This document shows, piece after piece, positions 37,100-51,014 of a DNA stretch of 64,000 nt (position 1 is its first letter; each line of letters starts with the position of its first letter). The DNA comes from Isurus oxyrinchus (Eukaryota). The notes beneath the pieces are model-generated. The model searched no databases. It saw nothing but the letters and a program-made list of their open reading frames with translations, and was not told where the DNA came from. The stretch spans positions 1,116,001-1,180,000 of the forward strand of contig JANJGN010000153.1 of NCBI GenBank assembly GCA_026770705.1, given 5' to 3'. Made by a program: the position numbers and the translations under genes.

Positions 37100-40000
37100 C
37101 TGTAAGTGAGGAAGAGAGAGAAGGGAGATAGAAGTCACAGATGAACAAGGCAACTTCTCTTGCAGTTACAGCAAAGGCTCATGCATTTCACCCAAACATG
37201 CAGGACCTGCTTCCCGAGATGAGCATATACTAAATGTGGATTGGACTTAGTAAATGTGGACAGGGAAATGATCATTCCTCTTTTGATAGGAACATCATCA
37301 GTTTAAACTGGGCAACTAGTGTGCAATAACGAATGAGCTTCTTGAGCGAGAATGTGATGTGGACAATTTGAAGGTACAAAAACGGCTCGGCATGTTGAAC
37401 TTTAGATAGTAAGTAGGAGGTGTAAAGAAACAACTAATGTGTGAAGGTGCAATATCATTTGGGAAATAAAGACGCAAAATGGAATCTGGGGAAAGCAGAG
37501 TTAGACTCTGGAAGAGGTAGTCGTGCAATGTGCGCTGCGTGGTTTATGGATGCGGTAAGTATTTGAAAGGGTTGCTGTGACACAGGACTCACAGCTCGTA
37601 CGTAAATTGTTGCCCAGCAGCATTGGCATACTCTCAACGCTTGGGAGTGTAAAGATGGAATATTAACTGCACAGGATATGTTAGAATGGTCACTGGGCTA
37701 CAAAGAAACACTAGCATAGACGAGGCCGAACAAGGGTTTACCCAGGAGACTTGACAGATCCGGTCCAATGAGAATCAAAACATGGTGAAATTTTTATGCA
37801 GATTCTCATTGAAACGTTGTGGTAGGAGATGAGGGCAGATGAGTCAGGTTTTTTTTTTAAGGCAAACTCAGTAATGGAAGATTAATATGCAGGCTGGGCA
37901 TTGTGAAGGTTTAGGTCAGGTGAATGCATCGCAAATTCATTGCAGAAAAAAAGTGAAGCAACATTTCTTTGCCGACTGTGCATTTTTGGTGCTGATCAGG
38001 CGGGTAGTTTAATGGCCGAATGGGAACAGTGACATAGGTATCAGATTAAGTGTGAAATATTTATTGGCCAACGGGAAGGCAGAGTGCGAATTTTGCAGGA
38101 CCACGCTTCTTTCTGGACGGACTAGTTTAAAGTGCAGTGAATGGATATCGCAAAAAACAGGGACAAAAGGATTCGCAGCGATACAAGACACATTGTTAAA
38201 GTGTAGTAAGCAATTCGAAGATGGGATTCCAGTGTGTTTAAAATCAACTATCTATTCTGGGGAGACAGGGGTACGTTCCCATTGATTGATGAGCTGTATA
38301 TCAAAGGACTTTTTTTCCGGAAAGGCCATAAGGGAGTCACTTGCATGTCATTCACAATATCTGTGAGAAATGATTTGAAATGTGAAGCTGAACACTGACA
38401 CTTGCAGGACACCAAGGGCAAAAGTTCCAAGTCGACATGGACCGTGACGGGCCCATCGATTTGAATAGATAGATTTTTTTAGGTCTAATATATGATTAGA
38501 AGAGCAAAACAATGAAGTGTCGAAAAATTGATGATAATGATCTAACTCCTAACATATGCATGGTTAAATTATCATACGTTGCAGCTATTTTCATTTTAGA
38601 TTGTTTCGGATCATACCATCCTTCAATTTTAGCAATATTTGGTAAAATGCATATTTATTTTTCAAAATGCAAGAACATTTTTGTGAATTAGCTATCTAAA
38701 TCAATGATCTGTTATTATACAGAAGACTAAACTGAAAGATTTCTACTAATTACTGATTAAATCCAATAAGCTTTATAAATCAAGCGAAATTGACGTGAGC
38801 CTCAGATACTAGTGCCTGCATCAACGTTTCTGTTGTTTAACTAATAAAACTCCGTAGAATTTTTGAAGAATGGAGTTTCTCACTGAATCTCAATGAACCT
38901 ATTTGTTGCTGCCATACATTTACTAAGTTCATGCACATGTTCATTTATTTATTATCTGCATTTCAAAGCAAGTTAAATAACTCTAATAATTAATATCCAA
39001 AGTAAGTAATTGTTCGCTTCCTAAATTGTGTTTGTGGTTCGGATGCCTATGGTGTAGGATAGGATTTCATGGCTCTTGCAAGGGTACAGAATAGATTTTC
39101 GTATGAAATCTCTGGTTAGACTCAGGATGCCCAAATTCAGGAATATAAAATGCACATTCTCACAAGGAAGGGATGAGTTCAATGAAGTACTAAGTGCTTT
39201 GAAGGCTTTGCAACCTGGAGCAGACAGAAAGTGTAGCTTCCGCAAACTTGTATTTGGGAAAACATCAATGCAATGGAGCAATGTCTATAAACGGGGTGTT
39301 GAATTAACATTTTGGATCATATTAATTCCTGAGGATGTTCATTATTTTTTTACATGCGCTTTGGAAAAAGAAAGTGGTATTAGTCAGATAAAGATAAACA
39401 GAATTTTACATTTCTGTATCAGCTTGTAAGTTAGATTTATGTTCATTTATCATAAACAAATTATTCCCTGAACAAATCTAGTATTGATATCCTTACAATG
39501 GCATGAATTTTCACTCAGAGTCATAAATATCAATTCGCTTTTTTGAATTAAACAGAGATGGTTAACCAGATTATTAGCACTTGAACCTGTACTTGACAGA
39601 ACTGTAAATAAGGAAACAGTTAAAAATAGGAAAAAGACAGTAATTTTAACAATTATATACTGAAGCAGCAAATGTTGGAACAAATTAATTATCAAAACTA
39701 ATATCCAATAAATTATCCACATGTTTCTAGAAGTTTCTTCTACATTAAACATTGAAATACCCCAGGAATGAACCACAGAATTTTCTAACGAATTCAACGG
39801 TGAATTATCCAAACCATTATACATCATTTTATCTGTGAAATTAAGTGTACAGATATCAAGTATATTATCCACATAAGCCCCTGATCAAATAACTCGAGAA
39901 TTGAACATTTATATAGGCTGCACAATTGCTATCTGAAAATGCAATCTGCTTCTCTTATTGATTTGCTATTTGTGAAAAGAAACATAGAGCAGGTTCAATG

Positions 40001-43000
40001 CACATTGACCTATATGCCTCTTGGAGTGGTTTCTGTAAATACCCCAGTCTGATGAACTACAGAGCGATTTAGTTTCTGCCACTTTCCTAAGTCTATGTCA
40101 CTTCAAGAGCGTTGTTTGCTTCGTAATGTAAGCACAAATTAACATTTATCTGTGGCATCATGTGTATGCAATGCAGATCCTAAAGTTCAAATTCATTTTA
40201 GGGACGTTGTGAATGCTCTGGCTAAAGCAAAACAGAGTGAGATCCACTGAACAGTGTTTTTGGTTATGACACATTGCTGCAGACTCGGTAGCAACACTAA
40301 CAGTAGAAAGACAGGCCAAGACACCCAGTGCAGGTTAAAAACGCTGAACGTGATTTACGTTCATAAAGCAACGTTACATCAAGCAGGCATCAGACTGGAT
40401 TTCACGTTTTTCGGCATTGTGATATTGGGTAAATGCAAAATGAGTGGCCTACTCCCTCTTGTCCCACTCATCCTCCCTTAGGCGGCCTCCACCTCGTCAA
40501 TCCATCCAATTCCGGGGAAGAGGCAATGAAAGATGCAAAATGGTGTCCGCATCCAATCGGCAGTGAACGCCTGGACCTCATGCAGCAGAGTGTAATGCTG
40601 CGAACAGAGAGTTGCTATGGCTACAAGCTCAAAACAACCTATACTCAGACATTTTTTTGAAAAATACTTTTCATTCAATGCTCAGGCAAGAAACGAAAAA
40701 GTGAGAAAAAAAGCATGACGATGATGCATCTTCTCCAGCACAATCTGCTGCTACATTCGATCATGCTCCTGGAGGCAGGAGTTCCCTACCGCTCTTTGCC
40801 CGTCTCACAATAGCTGCACAAAAACACTTATTTTTCTCATCTGAGCCACAGCAAATGCAATGCACCAAACAGGACAACATACGATTGGTTCGCTGACAAG
40901 CTCAATAACCTGTTAATAAGTAACTTGAGAATGGTTGACCCGCCCATTCTCCATCTGCAATTGGGGAGAACTAAGTACACGACACCATTATACTCGATGC
41001 AGGTATCTGATATTTGTGCAGATTCAACATTTTCGATGGGGGTGGGTGATGCTGGGGAGTCGGGGTGGTAAGCGGGGTGGGTGCGAGGGGTGATGCGGAG
41101 TGTGAGTGTATAGGTTTGAGCTGCAATTTGAGGAGAAATGTCCAGCCCATCGTTTCGGCTACAGATTTAGGTATTCAGGAACGAATTGAAGATATACATC
41201 CTCAGTTGGGAACCAGACTACTGCGAAAGGATTTGAATTAAAACATGCATGTTGCAGTCTGTCTTAGTTTAGTGCTACAAAGTAAACATACAGGAACGTC
41301 CTTTCATATCAAATGACAAACACATTCATAGATCCGGCATTATGCAGCACTTTCTTTTTGGGAAATCATTGGTAGGATCAGCATTTTTCCGAGAGCAGAT
41401 ATTATTCTTCTTGCTGTCCATGCGATGCGGTTGCACACACAGTGTTACGAGTGTTGGATTTACAGGTGTTTGATCCAGTGGCATTCAGGGAACGCTGATG
41501 TGTCTCGGAGTCAGTATGGGGTGTGACTTGGAAACGATTTTGCAATAAGAGTGTTCCCATGCCACTTCTGCTCGTATCCTTCCAGGCTTTCGAAGTGAAG
41601 TGCTCGAAAGGATTACTTTTGCCGACACCTGTCATATATCAGGAGTTGCTGCAATCATACCTAACAACGGGGCTTTGACCTGGTGAATTGTGAGACAGGA
41701 CGACTTGCATGCAGAGCAGTGGATGCAGAATGTGATTGACAGGGTTAATTGATCCAACCAGCAAATAACGTTAACTTAGCTCTGAAGTTCTGCTCATGCC
41801 ATCTTGAATGATGTTGGACAGAGCAGCGAATCAAGGGTGGTGGACACCCCACCAACATCCACATCGACAATGATTGTGGGGCGCAGCACATCAGTGCATA
41901 TACATGGCTCAAGAACTTGCTGCCATATTCAGACTGACATGAAGGGAGGGTGAATCACCCCGTCCCCCTTCTGAGGATGAGAGCGTCACAGATGCCAATT
42001 TTGAGCTAATGTGATTCACTGCCCTTCATCTAAAGGAATGACTGAAGGAACGGGATGATGCAGAGACTATGGGTCCTGTCAGATACCGGCAATCGTCCGG
42101 GTGATCAGTGCTCTCGAATAAATCTTCCTAGATAACCTGGTATAGGACAGCTAAAACACTGGCATCTAAGCGAAAATGTAAGCAGTCACACAGCTGGGTC
42201 TATCCACAAAAACAAAACTCGTCAAATCGGACCAATAATTACCCCCTTATCCCCTATTCTTCATCATGAACATATTGATGGAATCGGTCACGGGCATTGC
42301 TTTCAAACGCCACGTACTAGCGAGCAACATGCTCACTGACGACCATTTTCTGCTTCGTGTGAGCTCCAACTCTCGGTTCGGCCTTAAACCAAACATGGTC
42401 AAAAGTGCTGAATTCACGAGGGGAGTGGAGAGCGGATGTTATTTACATCAAGACAACATTTGACATTCTGTGGTAAGAAGGAGATATCAGGATTCAGGTC
42501 AATAAACATAATGGGGAAGCATCTCCATTGATTGCTGTCATACCTATCACAAAGAAGACTTTTTTTGTTTTGTTTCTCAGGTGAATCATCTCATCCCGAT
42601 GAAAGCACTGCGCGAGATCCTATGGGCAGTGTCCTGAGTCAAACCACCTTAATCTGCTTCATCAATTAACTTCTTTGCAACATATGCCCAGAGGAAGTCT
42701 TATGGTAGCAGAGTGAGTGGCAGGAGTGCCCGCTGATGATTGTTTAAATTTCAAAACCATTCGCTACTCAACAGATGCTGAAGAAATCTTGCCCGTGTCC
42801 ACCAAGACCTGGGCAATATCCAGGATTCTGCTGAAAACTGACAAGTCATATTAGACACACAACCGACAGGAAATGACCACCTACGAAAAAAAAGTGTCCA
42901 ACAATTTCTCACAGATATTTAATGGTATCACCATCGTTTAATTCTCCATTTTGAAGATCCACGGAAAAACCATTGACTAGAAACTGTGACTAGAAGCGCA

Positions 43001-46000
43001 AGTCAGGACTGGGAATTCCGTGGCGAGGACATCCCCGCCTGACTCTGCAAAACCTTCACTCCATCTTTAATGCACAATTCAGGAAACTACTGGAATAAAC
43101 AACAGTTTTCTGGATGAGTTCTGCTTCCATTCAACAATATTGAACTAATCCACGGCAAATCAGGCTGCTTGTTTGACAACTAATGCTTAGCTTTAATGAT
43201 TCAAGCTGTTTATCTCTAGCGATTAGCTATTCTTACTGGTTTTAAAGTTCATCTAAACCATCAGCCAAAACCTGAGGAAAATAACGTCATCGAAAACGGG
43301 AATTTAGGCTTCTCCCAATTACATTGTTGCTTTCCTAAATATCATTTGGCCACGCCTCTCCCTTCAGTGAGCACCATTCCTCAGAGCACTAAGAGCACGG
43401 GAAACTTATATTCAACCTCATGGCATTATGTAAAACACGGGCACTGAATATTCCCTTATGTTGACCACCTCCCGTTCCCCTCAGATGATGAATGAATGAG
43501 CATCCATGGACGAATCATAGAATCACAGAATCACAGTGCACAAGAGGCACTTCAGCCCTTCGAGTCTGCACTGGCATGTGCAAAACACCTGTCCTGACTA
43601 CTTAATTACATTTACCAGAAATTGACACATAGCCTTGAAGGTATTGATGCGCCAAGTGCTCATCCAGTTACTTTTTAAAGGATGTGTGGCAATCTGTCTC
43701 TACCACCCTGCCAGGCAGCGCATTAGAGACATTCAACAAACTCAGGGGAAAAAGGTTTTTCCTCCGATCCCTCCTAAATTACCTGCACCTCACGCTTAAC
43801 CTATGCACTCTTGTGGGGCATAAAACGAAGTTTTGGTGAGTGGCAAGAAACAAAAACTATTGTATGCAGGTGCTGTCATCGTCTATGACCAAGACAGGTT
43901 CGGTAGCACCACTAATGGCCGATCAGGCCGAGTCAGACATATAACCGCTGGATTGGGTCTTTGGAAGGTGATCAGGGAACCAACAAGGTGCAAAGACCGA
44001 AATGAACACGCCTCACCAAACGTCAAGCAACATATGCACCTGCCCATTACAGGAATGATAGGATAGGCCACCGCATGCTCCTTGTGCAGACGTAGTCGGC
44101 CTTCACATTGGAAAGTTCCTCCATCGTATAATGTGACACCACCTTTGTGCGATATGGGGTAGTTTTCAATCTGATCAGCAACATAAAAGTGGGCATTCAT
44201 TAGGCAATTTGTGCCATATGCTAGACCAGGGATGTGCACAACCATAATTTGCAATTCCAAACCCAAACTATCTCCAACTCCTCAATTTTCATGTGGCATT
44301 ATTATGGTGATGGTTGTGGTGCAGGACAGGCATTCCAAATTCTCCTTTTGGCGTGAGATTTTGCGCTGTTGTTATAGCTGTGCTACAATGATTGTTAACC
44401 AGATAAGTCCTTGAATTACTGGGAGTTAGCTGGGATTTTCCAATGTGGTGACATTGACGAGACTGAACCTATGCTTTCTGGAGCTTTGCCAAATGAGAAA
44501 TGATCTCACTGAATCATAGACCGTTCTTACAGGGTTCGATGTTATAGATGTTGGAGGGATGTGCCCCTGGCTGATGTGTCTAATATCATGAGAATCAGTA
44601 TCAGAATAACAGGTGTGCATTTAGGGCCGATATGAGGGGGAATTTCTTTACTCAGAGAGCAGCGAATGTTTGAAATTATCTCTCCCAACAGCGGCAGAGG
44701 TTCAGTCATTGGGAATGTTGAAGGCAGAGCGATGAACCATTTTCTAAATGTTAAATGCGTCCAGAGATATGCGATAGTGCAAGGAAATGAATTGAATGCA
44801 TGTTTACAGCCATGATATAATTGAGTAGTTGAACAAGCTCAAGTGGCCAAATTGTTAACTTGTGCTCCCACTGCCTCTGCCTCTATGCTCTTTTGTCAGA
44901 ACCTGCATGTCACTTAGCAATGCGAGATTCAAAAAGAGACGGGGAGTCCGAAAATGCTTTAATCCAACTAATTTCAATCCTCAATACAAATCAATTGTAC
45001 TTGCAAGTTTGATTTACATCAGCAGGTAGTGGAGGGCGAGAAATTGAATGGAGCAGAATATGCAGAACCAAATAACTACTTGCGGTGTGTAGGTGTTTCA
45101 AAATCGGACCACTTATGGCTCAGTCAGTTGAAATCTCCGTGCTGAGATAGATGTTTAACGATTTGCTTCCGGCGCCAGGACTTCAGAACAAAGTTCTCGG
45201 CTAATGTTCCAATGTCTTAGTAAATTAATTCTGCACTTCCACAAGCAGAACCTTTAAGAAAAGATGTCAAATTGATTCACGAGGAAAACGTAAAAAGATT
45301 CAATTCCACTTTTTCCAGGAGCAACATTGTTGTAGCCCCCTGTGTCCTGAACGAAATTTATACCTCAGCTAAAATCCACAAAATAATGCAATCCCGTCAT
45401 TGTTAACATTATGTCTATGGAAGCTTATAGAGCACAAATCACGCTTACTTTAAGTAATTCCATCAATGTGGTCGTGAACAAAGGCTGTTGAAAATCATTT
45501 GTATCAATATACAAGTGAGTAAGACTTCGGAATGTCTTAATCACACACAGCAATGTGATTCAGCCAAGTTTTCAGATTTCGTAACTTCACACTGATCTGT
45601 AAAAATATCGCTGTTAAAAAGTACGTGATCTGACAGGGAATCTGTTGCTTGCGATATTGGAAAACAGGGGAAAACCGTGAGCAAACACTTTCAAATAGTT
45701 CAAGCTGAATTCTGCAGAATGCGAATTTGCCCTTGCATTGATTTTCATAGATACCTTTTATCTCCAAGTTTAAAGACGGTCTGCACTTGGTCATGACAAT
45801 TATTGCAGAGCGCACCCACATTCAAGAAATTCCCCAAAGAATAAATACGGTGTCAACACTCTAGAACGATGCATGAAAGATGAAGCAATAGTAAGAAATC
45901 AGTTAACATGACACCTAAACTTTGATAACTCTCCAACAGAAAAGGAACGGTTTCACGTTACCAGCAACACCATTTGAGAAGAAAGTCAATATTCATTTAT

Positions 46001-46029
46001 ACGTCCACTGATTGTGTTTAGGCTCTTAC

Positions 46030-46099
46030 CAGGTACACCAACAGCTGCGAGAATCGGGTAGTAAATGGCTTCGATCTTGAGAAGTATCAGTTCTGCCAT
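46030..46099 (-). CDS. GPR139-like gene 2, coding exon 1 (MAELILLKIEAIYYPILAAVGVP)
   Basis: ATG at 46099, 70 nt ending CCTG|GTAAG, phase 1 (G+GT=Gly); 70+905=975 nt = 324 aa + stop. Confidence 0.9.
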
Positions 46100-46813
46100 T
46101 TTTATGAGAAGCTGTCTTTCCTCCTGAGATGGGTAAAGAAGGATGGAATGGAACGATGTGAGCTGGAACTTACAAACATACCCTTCTCCTTTGAATTAAT
46201 ATCAGAAACTTAAAATAAACAATGCAAAATCACTGTCGAGACTCGGAAGGAGATACCACATTAATTAACCCCAGAATATAAGGGGAAAACTCTCACCAAA
46301 GCATTCGTAACAGGGAAGAGAGAAAACCTGCTACATTTTACAGACTTGAAGCCCTGTACATAAACATCCAAACCCACGTCCGCTTCCACCTAGAAAGACA
46401 AAGGTAACATAGACATGAGAAAGCCACCACCAGTAGCTCCTCTCCAAACCCCTCACCGTCCGGATTTGGAAATATATCACCGTTCCTTCACTGCCTCTGT
46501 GTCAAAGTACTGGAGCTCCCCCTTATAACACACACTACAGCAGCTCAAAAATGCATCTCACTACCATCTTTTCAAGGACAAATAGGGATGGACAATAAAT
46601 GCTGGCCTCGCCAGCTTCGCCCACATTCAATGAATGGATAGAATAAGAGAAATTCCTATTGTTAGCCTGAGTTTGTGAAAATAAACGTACATTAGACAAC
46701 GAGAACTTCGACAATTGGTTTGTAAATGCCCCGTATCTGACAAATTGCAATAAAGGCTATTTGCTGTGAGAAGCGCTAATTGAAGCAGAAACACTGAGTC
46801 TTTCGGAGAACAT

Positions 46814-46846
46814 GAAATGATCCGTTCAGAGAACCTCTTATTTATA
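46814..46846 (-). promoter_or_regulatory. Candidate TATA box + initiator of gene 2
   Basis: Identical TATAAATA (46846-46839) and TCATTTC spacing. Confidence 0.5.
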
Positions 46847-48089
46847 CAACAGTTAAATCCCCATTAGCTCATTCATGTTCCCTGAAGAAAGAAATCAACT
46901 TCAGTCATTGAACAAACAGGTTACGTCAGTCTCTCTCCTTGTGAAAGCAACCACTTCAAAGTGAAACGTCCAATATTGGACTGATGTCTGTGGTCAAACC
47001 AGTGGAAGGGGCTGCATGTTTTGATCAATGGGTAAATATTATCGGAGGTGGTCAGGGCAGGAAAAGATTAAACCACGAGTCGCTGTTGCGGGGAAAGTCA
47101 TCACTAATTTAAATCAAAATGAAGCTTAGCAACTCAATGTTCCTGATCCTCCAGACCTAATGGGGAAATTTCAGATTTTCCCCATTGTTTTGAGTTTCAC
47201 GTCTCATTCTATGTTCCAACAAGGCACTGTGTGATCTTTGTCATTGACTTTCAAGATCCCAGATGGAAGACGTACGCTGCACTGATCGTTCCATGGATTA
47301 CGCTGGCACTGACAACTCCATCGGTTACTAGGCCTACAATCCATGGCGTCGCATAGAAATTTGCGCCCTTCCACCTGGAAGTTATAAATACACGCGGAGG
47401 ACGTGGATGGTTTGTCTTGGTTAATTATGTGATGTGTAACACAAGCTGTATGGAGAAGGAGTTTCTTTTCTCAACCAGAATCCTTCAAAATAAAGTGTTC
47501 AAGATGATTCCGATCCCATAAACGCTCAATATCCATTCCTGCAGCAGCCAATCATCCTACAGCACCCACTCACATACTCCATCCAGAGAGATGTTTGGGC
47601 TGATTGAAAAACGATTTTTTCTATAAAATTGTATGATAACTAGAGTACAATGCTGGGAGAATATTCCACGTTGAACATTGAACCCTTGGCCCTCAAATGT
47701 CTTCTGCCGACTATCATTGTCCTATTGAGTCACTCATTATAATGAACCCGAATTGTCGTCGCCTCCAGCTGTTGGTTCATGCTGCTTTTCATACATGGCC
47801 AACAGGACACGAATTCAGGGCAGGAGTAGGGCATTCGCCCTCTTGAGTCTGTGCTGCAGCTCTGAAAGAAAATGGTTTTACCTGATCGTGGCCTCAGCTC
47901 CATTTTCCTGCCTGCACTCCTCCAACTAGCGTTACACACCCTACCCCTCTACTGCACCCTGAAAACACACACATACATCCTCATGACCCCAATAACCATT
48001 ATTCATCAATAAGCTATCCAAATCACTCTTGAATATGAGGCCTCCCTGAAAAGTTGAAAAAGAGGATCTGTGTCATTTCTGCTTTTGAT

Positions 48090-49430
48090 GATGACCTGAT
48101 AAACAGAGTGATGCAAAGTGGTTCATCAGTGTGGACCCCTTTCAAGTGACCTGCGGCGCTAAGTAAGACGCTGTTCATGGCTTCAGCTCTGTTTGTCATA
48201 TACTTGGAAGCCATTCTCCACTATGCACTCAAAGAGCTTGACATAGGTTTGCATTTTCATTTCAGGACAAACGCCAACGTTTGCAAAGAGCCAAGAGCAA
48301 AACCTTGTACATAGGTGACTGAACAGCGACTGAGTGAAGTCTTATTCGTGGACCACTGTGCTTTCATAGGGCAGAATACGGAGACATCCAGCTGCGTGCT
48401 GACTCAGAATACTTTCGATTAACAGTATATCTGCAGATAGAGAAGCTGTATCAAATCACCGCTGGTCACTTGATCCAAGAAGCCACAGCTGCTCTGAACA
48501 AAACACCCCTCTGTTCTGTGAGGTAGTTTGCTAACTCGGCAGCATGCTCGCCAAGAGAACTAACAATGAGCAAATAAAAAATCACCTGACATAAATGAGT
48601 TCGGCATTGGGCAGGCTGCACTCACTGACTTCTGGAAGAAAAACATGGAGCTTCCCTCAGATGGAAGATCAAAGCCTATCAAACGGTGTTTTTTTTTATT
48701 GTGTTTTTTTATCTGCAACACCATTGGACTCATGTGGAGAATGCCAACATTCCACAGGCCTCAATAGGTTAACACGGGAAGCTGCACGACAGGTTGTCTC
48801 AAATCTAAAAGCCAAACCCAGAGATTGGAAGCTGCGTCACAGTGAATGGGGTCATAATACTCCCTTGCTAACAGCCCTGTGGCTCACCTGCACCATATGA
48901 ACCGTCCGCCCGGCACACTGGAATCCTGATGCTAAACTACACGGTGCACAGGCCTCCTTCAGGCGACAGGCACTGTGCGGATGGAAGATTGTCGACAGGT
49001 GCAAGGCTGTGATATCTGGATACCTTTGATACCAGCTAAAATTCTGCATAAACGCGGCAGATGTATGGCGGTCGCCGGACACATGTTTCAGGAAAGGGGT
49101 ACCTACCGGCAGCTGCATCTGCCACTGAGCATTCCTTGACCAAAGGGCGAACAAATATAAAGTTAGCAGTGCACGCTCAATGTCGCCGTAAAGCACGGAG
49201 GCATTAACACCAGCGAGCAGGTTGAGAATGCTTGCGATCTCTCGGCCTGGCACCATCTGGTCCAGCAAGGCTAAAACCAGTTTGCAGCTCAGCGACTCGA
49301 CAGAGAATTGGAAGGGCATAGGCACAGGAAGCAGAAGAAACCCAAAATGGGCCAAAAGCGAGCCCTACGGCGGATGGACATATAGGTCCAGAATTGGGCT
49401 TCTCAGTCATCTGAATTCTCCATGAGCCTG
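48090..49430 (+). mobile_element. Decayed RTE-clade LINE (partial copy 29070-29836, partly inverted)
   Basis: DPFQVTC..K...MASALFVIYL, SSALGRL, DLSAWHHLVQQG, TYRSRIGLLSHLNS (RTE C-terminus). Confidence 0.7.
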
Positions 49431-49829
49431 AAGGAGCTGGATTACAAGGAACGGCCACTGACAACCTTCTCAAAGGCAACTTGGGAAGAGCAGTATCTTC
49501 TGGCCCATTTATACACAACCCCACCTCATGAAAATATGTATTTTAAAATATAATTGTGAACATAAAAAAAACCTTTGGCAACCCCAAACTGAGAATTCAT
49601 TCAGTGATTTCTACATTTGTGGAGAACAGGTTCAAGTGTGTTAAAGACAAGGAAAGGCGGGCAAAGTTAATTTATCCCGCCTGAACGGACGTTGTAAACA
49701 AAACATGGTAATCGATTGTCCAATTTAGACTTGGTATAACTTCACAAATGATATCACCTTGATTTTTTTTGAGTGCACACCTGTCGAAGCGCCGGGGGAA
49801 TCAATCATCAAGATAGTTCAATAGACAAA

Positions 49830-50005
49830 CTGATAGCCAGATAGACAGAGAGATAAGTGGAAAGAGATTGACATGTGGAAAGAGTGATAGGAAGAGAGAG
49901 ATAACATGCGAGAGAGAGAGAACAAGGCAGTGTGTGCTAGAAAGAGAGTGAGTGTGTGAAAGAGCAAGGTAGATACATACATTGATAGATATATAGATAG
50001 ATAAA
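49830..50005. repeat. Imperfect (GA)n/(GATA)n microsatellite
   Basis: Directly visible; it truncates pseudogene C. Confidence 0.7.
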
Positions 50006-50059
50006 AAGCAATATTATTTGATAAGAATATACTTCTGTAGCTATGAACATGATGGGGTG

Positions 50060-50354
50060 TAAGACATTTGCTTCGTGCAACAAATAGCCAATGAAGGATA
50101 GTAGGTATTTTCAACTGTGAGGCAGAAAGAGTCTTTTGTGATAATTTGAAAAAAAGAACAGTAACGAAATGAATTTCCACATGCGAGTATTGTGGTCGCA
50201 TAGAACTGGAAATCTCTCCTGACAAATCCTCTTTAATATGGGAACAGAGATAACGGCCTAGAATTCGGACCCTGACATTCGCTCCAGGTAGCAAATGATA
50301 CATTTGAGATGCAATAGTTTCCTCGCGACAGGAACAAAAACGTCACCAAGTTAC
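50060..50354 (-). pseudogene. GPR139-like pseudogene C (highly decayed 5' part of exon 2)
   Basis: Acceptor ttctctcttccAG, then (G)NLVTFLFLSRGN, KCIICYL, VISVPILKRI..FP, CLTVENTYYPSLAICCTK, collinear with TM1-TM3 of the family across frameshifts. Confidence 0.7.
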
Positions 50355-51014
50355 CTGGAAGAGAGAATAAAGAGGAAGAAACAGAAGTGTTTCACCAGAC
50401 GTGGAGGCAAGGGAACAGTTTGCCTTGAAATGTCCTAAAACCCTCCGTTCTTTGCGGCATTTAACATATAAACTGATAATTGGCCTGGGCAACACATTCA
50501 GTCACAAAAATGTATCTAAATCCCATTATCAAAAACTGCTCGGTGAATCACAAACATAAAGTGAACAATCTTTGCGCACAATCCACAGAAAGTTCTAAGT
50601 GAGGGAGCTGTGTTCAATAAACGCATTCAAGTGAAAGCGAATATATGGATGAAAATGAGACTTAGCTGTACACTCAGTATTTGTTTGCAACAAGGCAGTC
50701 GGAGGTGCAGGTCGTTTGTTCCTATGCGTCACAAGGATCAACATTGTGCTTTAGAAAACGGGAACAGCCTGAGAGCCACGGCTGGGAGCTTCAGTTTCTG
50801 GAAGGATTTCGATGTGGAAGCTGGAGGTCGAGCCTGTGAGAGATCGAAGCTAGGGGAAGGCAATGAACACTGCTTTCAAGACCTTGAGGCAGATGCACGT
50901 TTGGAACAGGAGGACATGGTTTAGGGACGAGGGGAAACTGAAGTAATGGTGGATTGAAAGAGCAAGTGATTTCCTCTTTCAATAGGAGATTAAGCTGCAC
51001 AGGGTAATGGAAAC

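Larger units (their letters stand above)
29854..48455. repeat. Segmental duplication unit 2 (tandem, direct)
   Basis: See unit 1; roughly 80-85% identity by eye. Confidence 0.92.

Noticed and set aside
8066-48455. Duplication as a haplotype or assembly artefact
   Set aside because: Divergence of roughly 15-20% with copy-specific insertions and rearrangements is far beyond allelic variation.
48852-49355. 167-aa minus-strand ORF
   Set aside because: Antisense to a decayed RTE LINE C-terminus.
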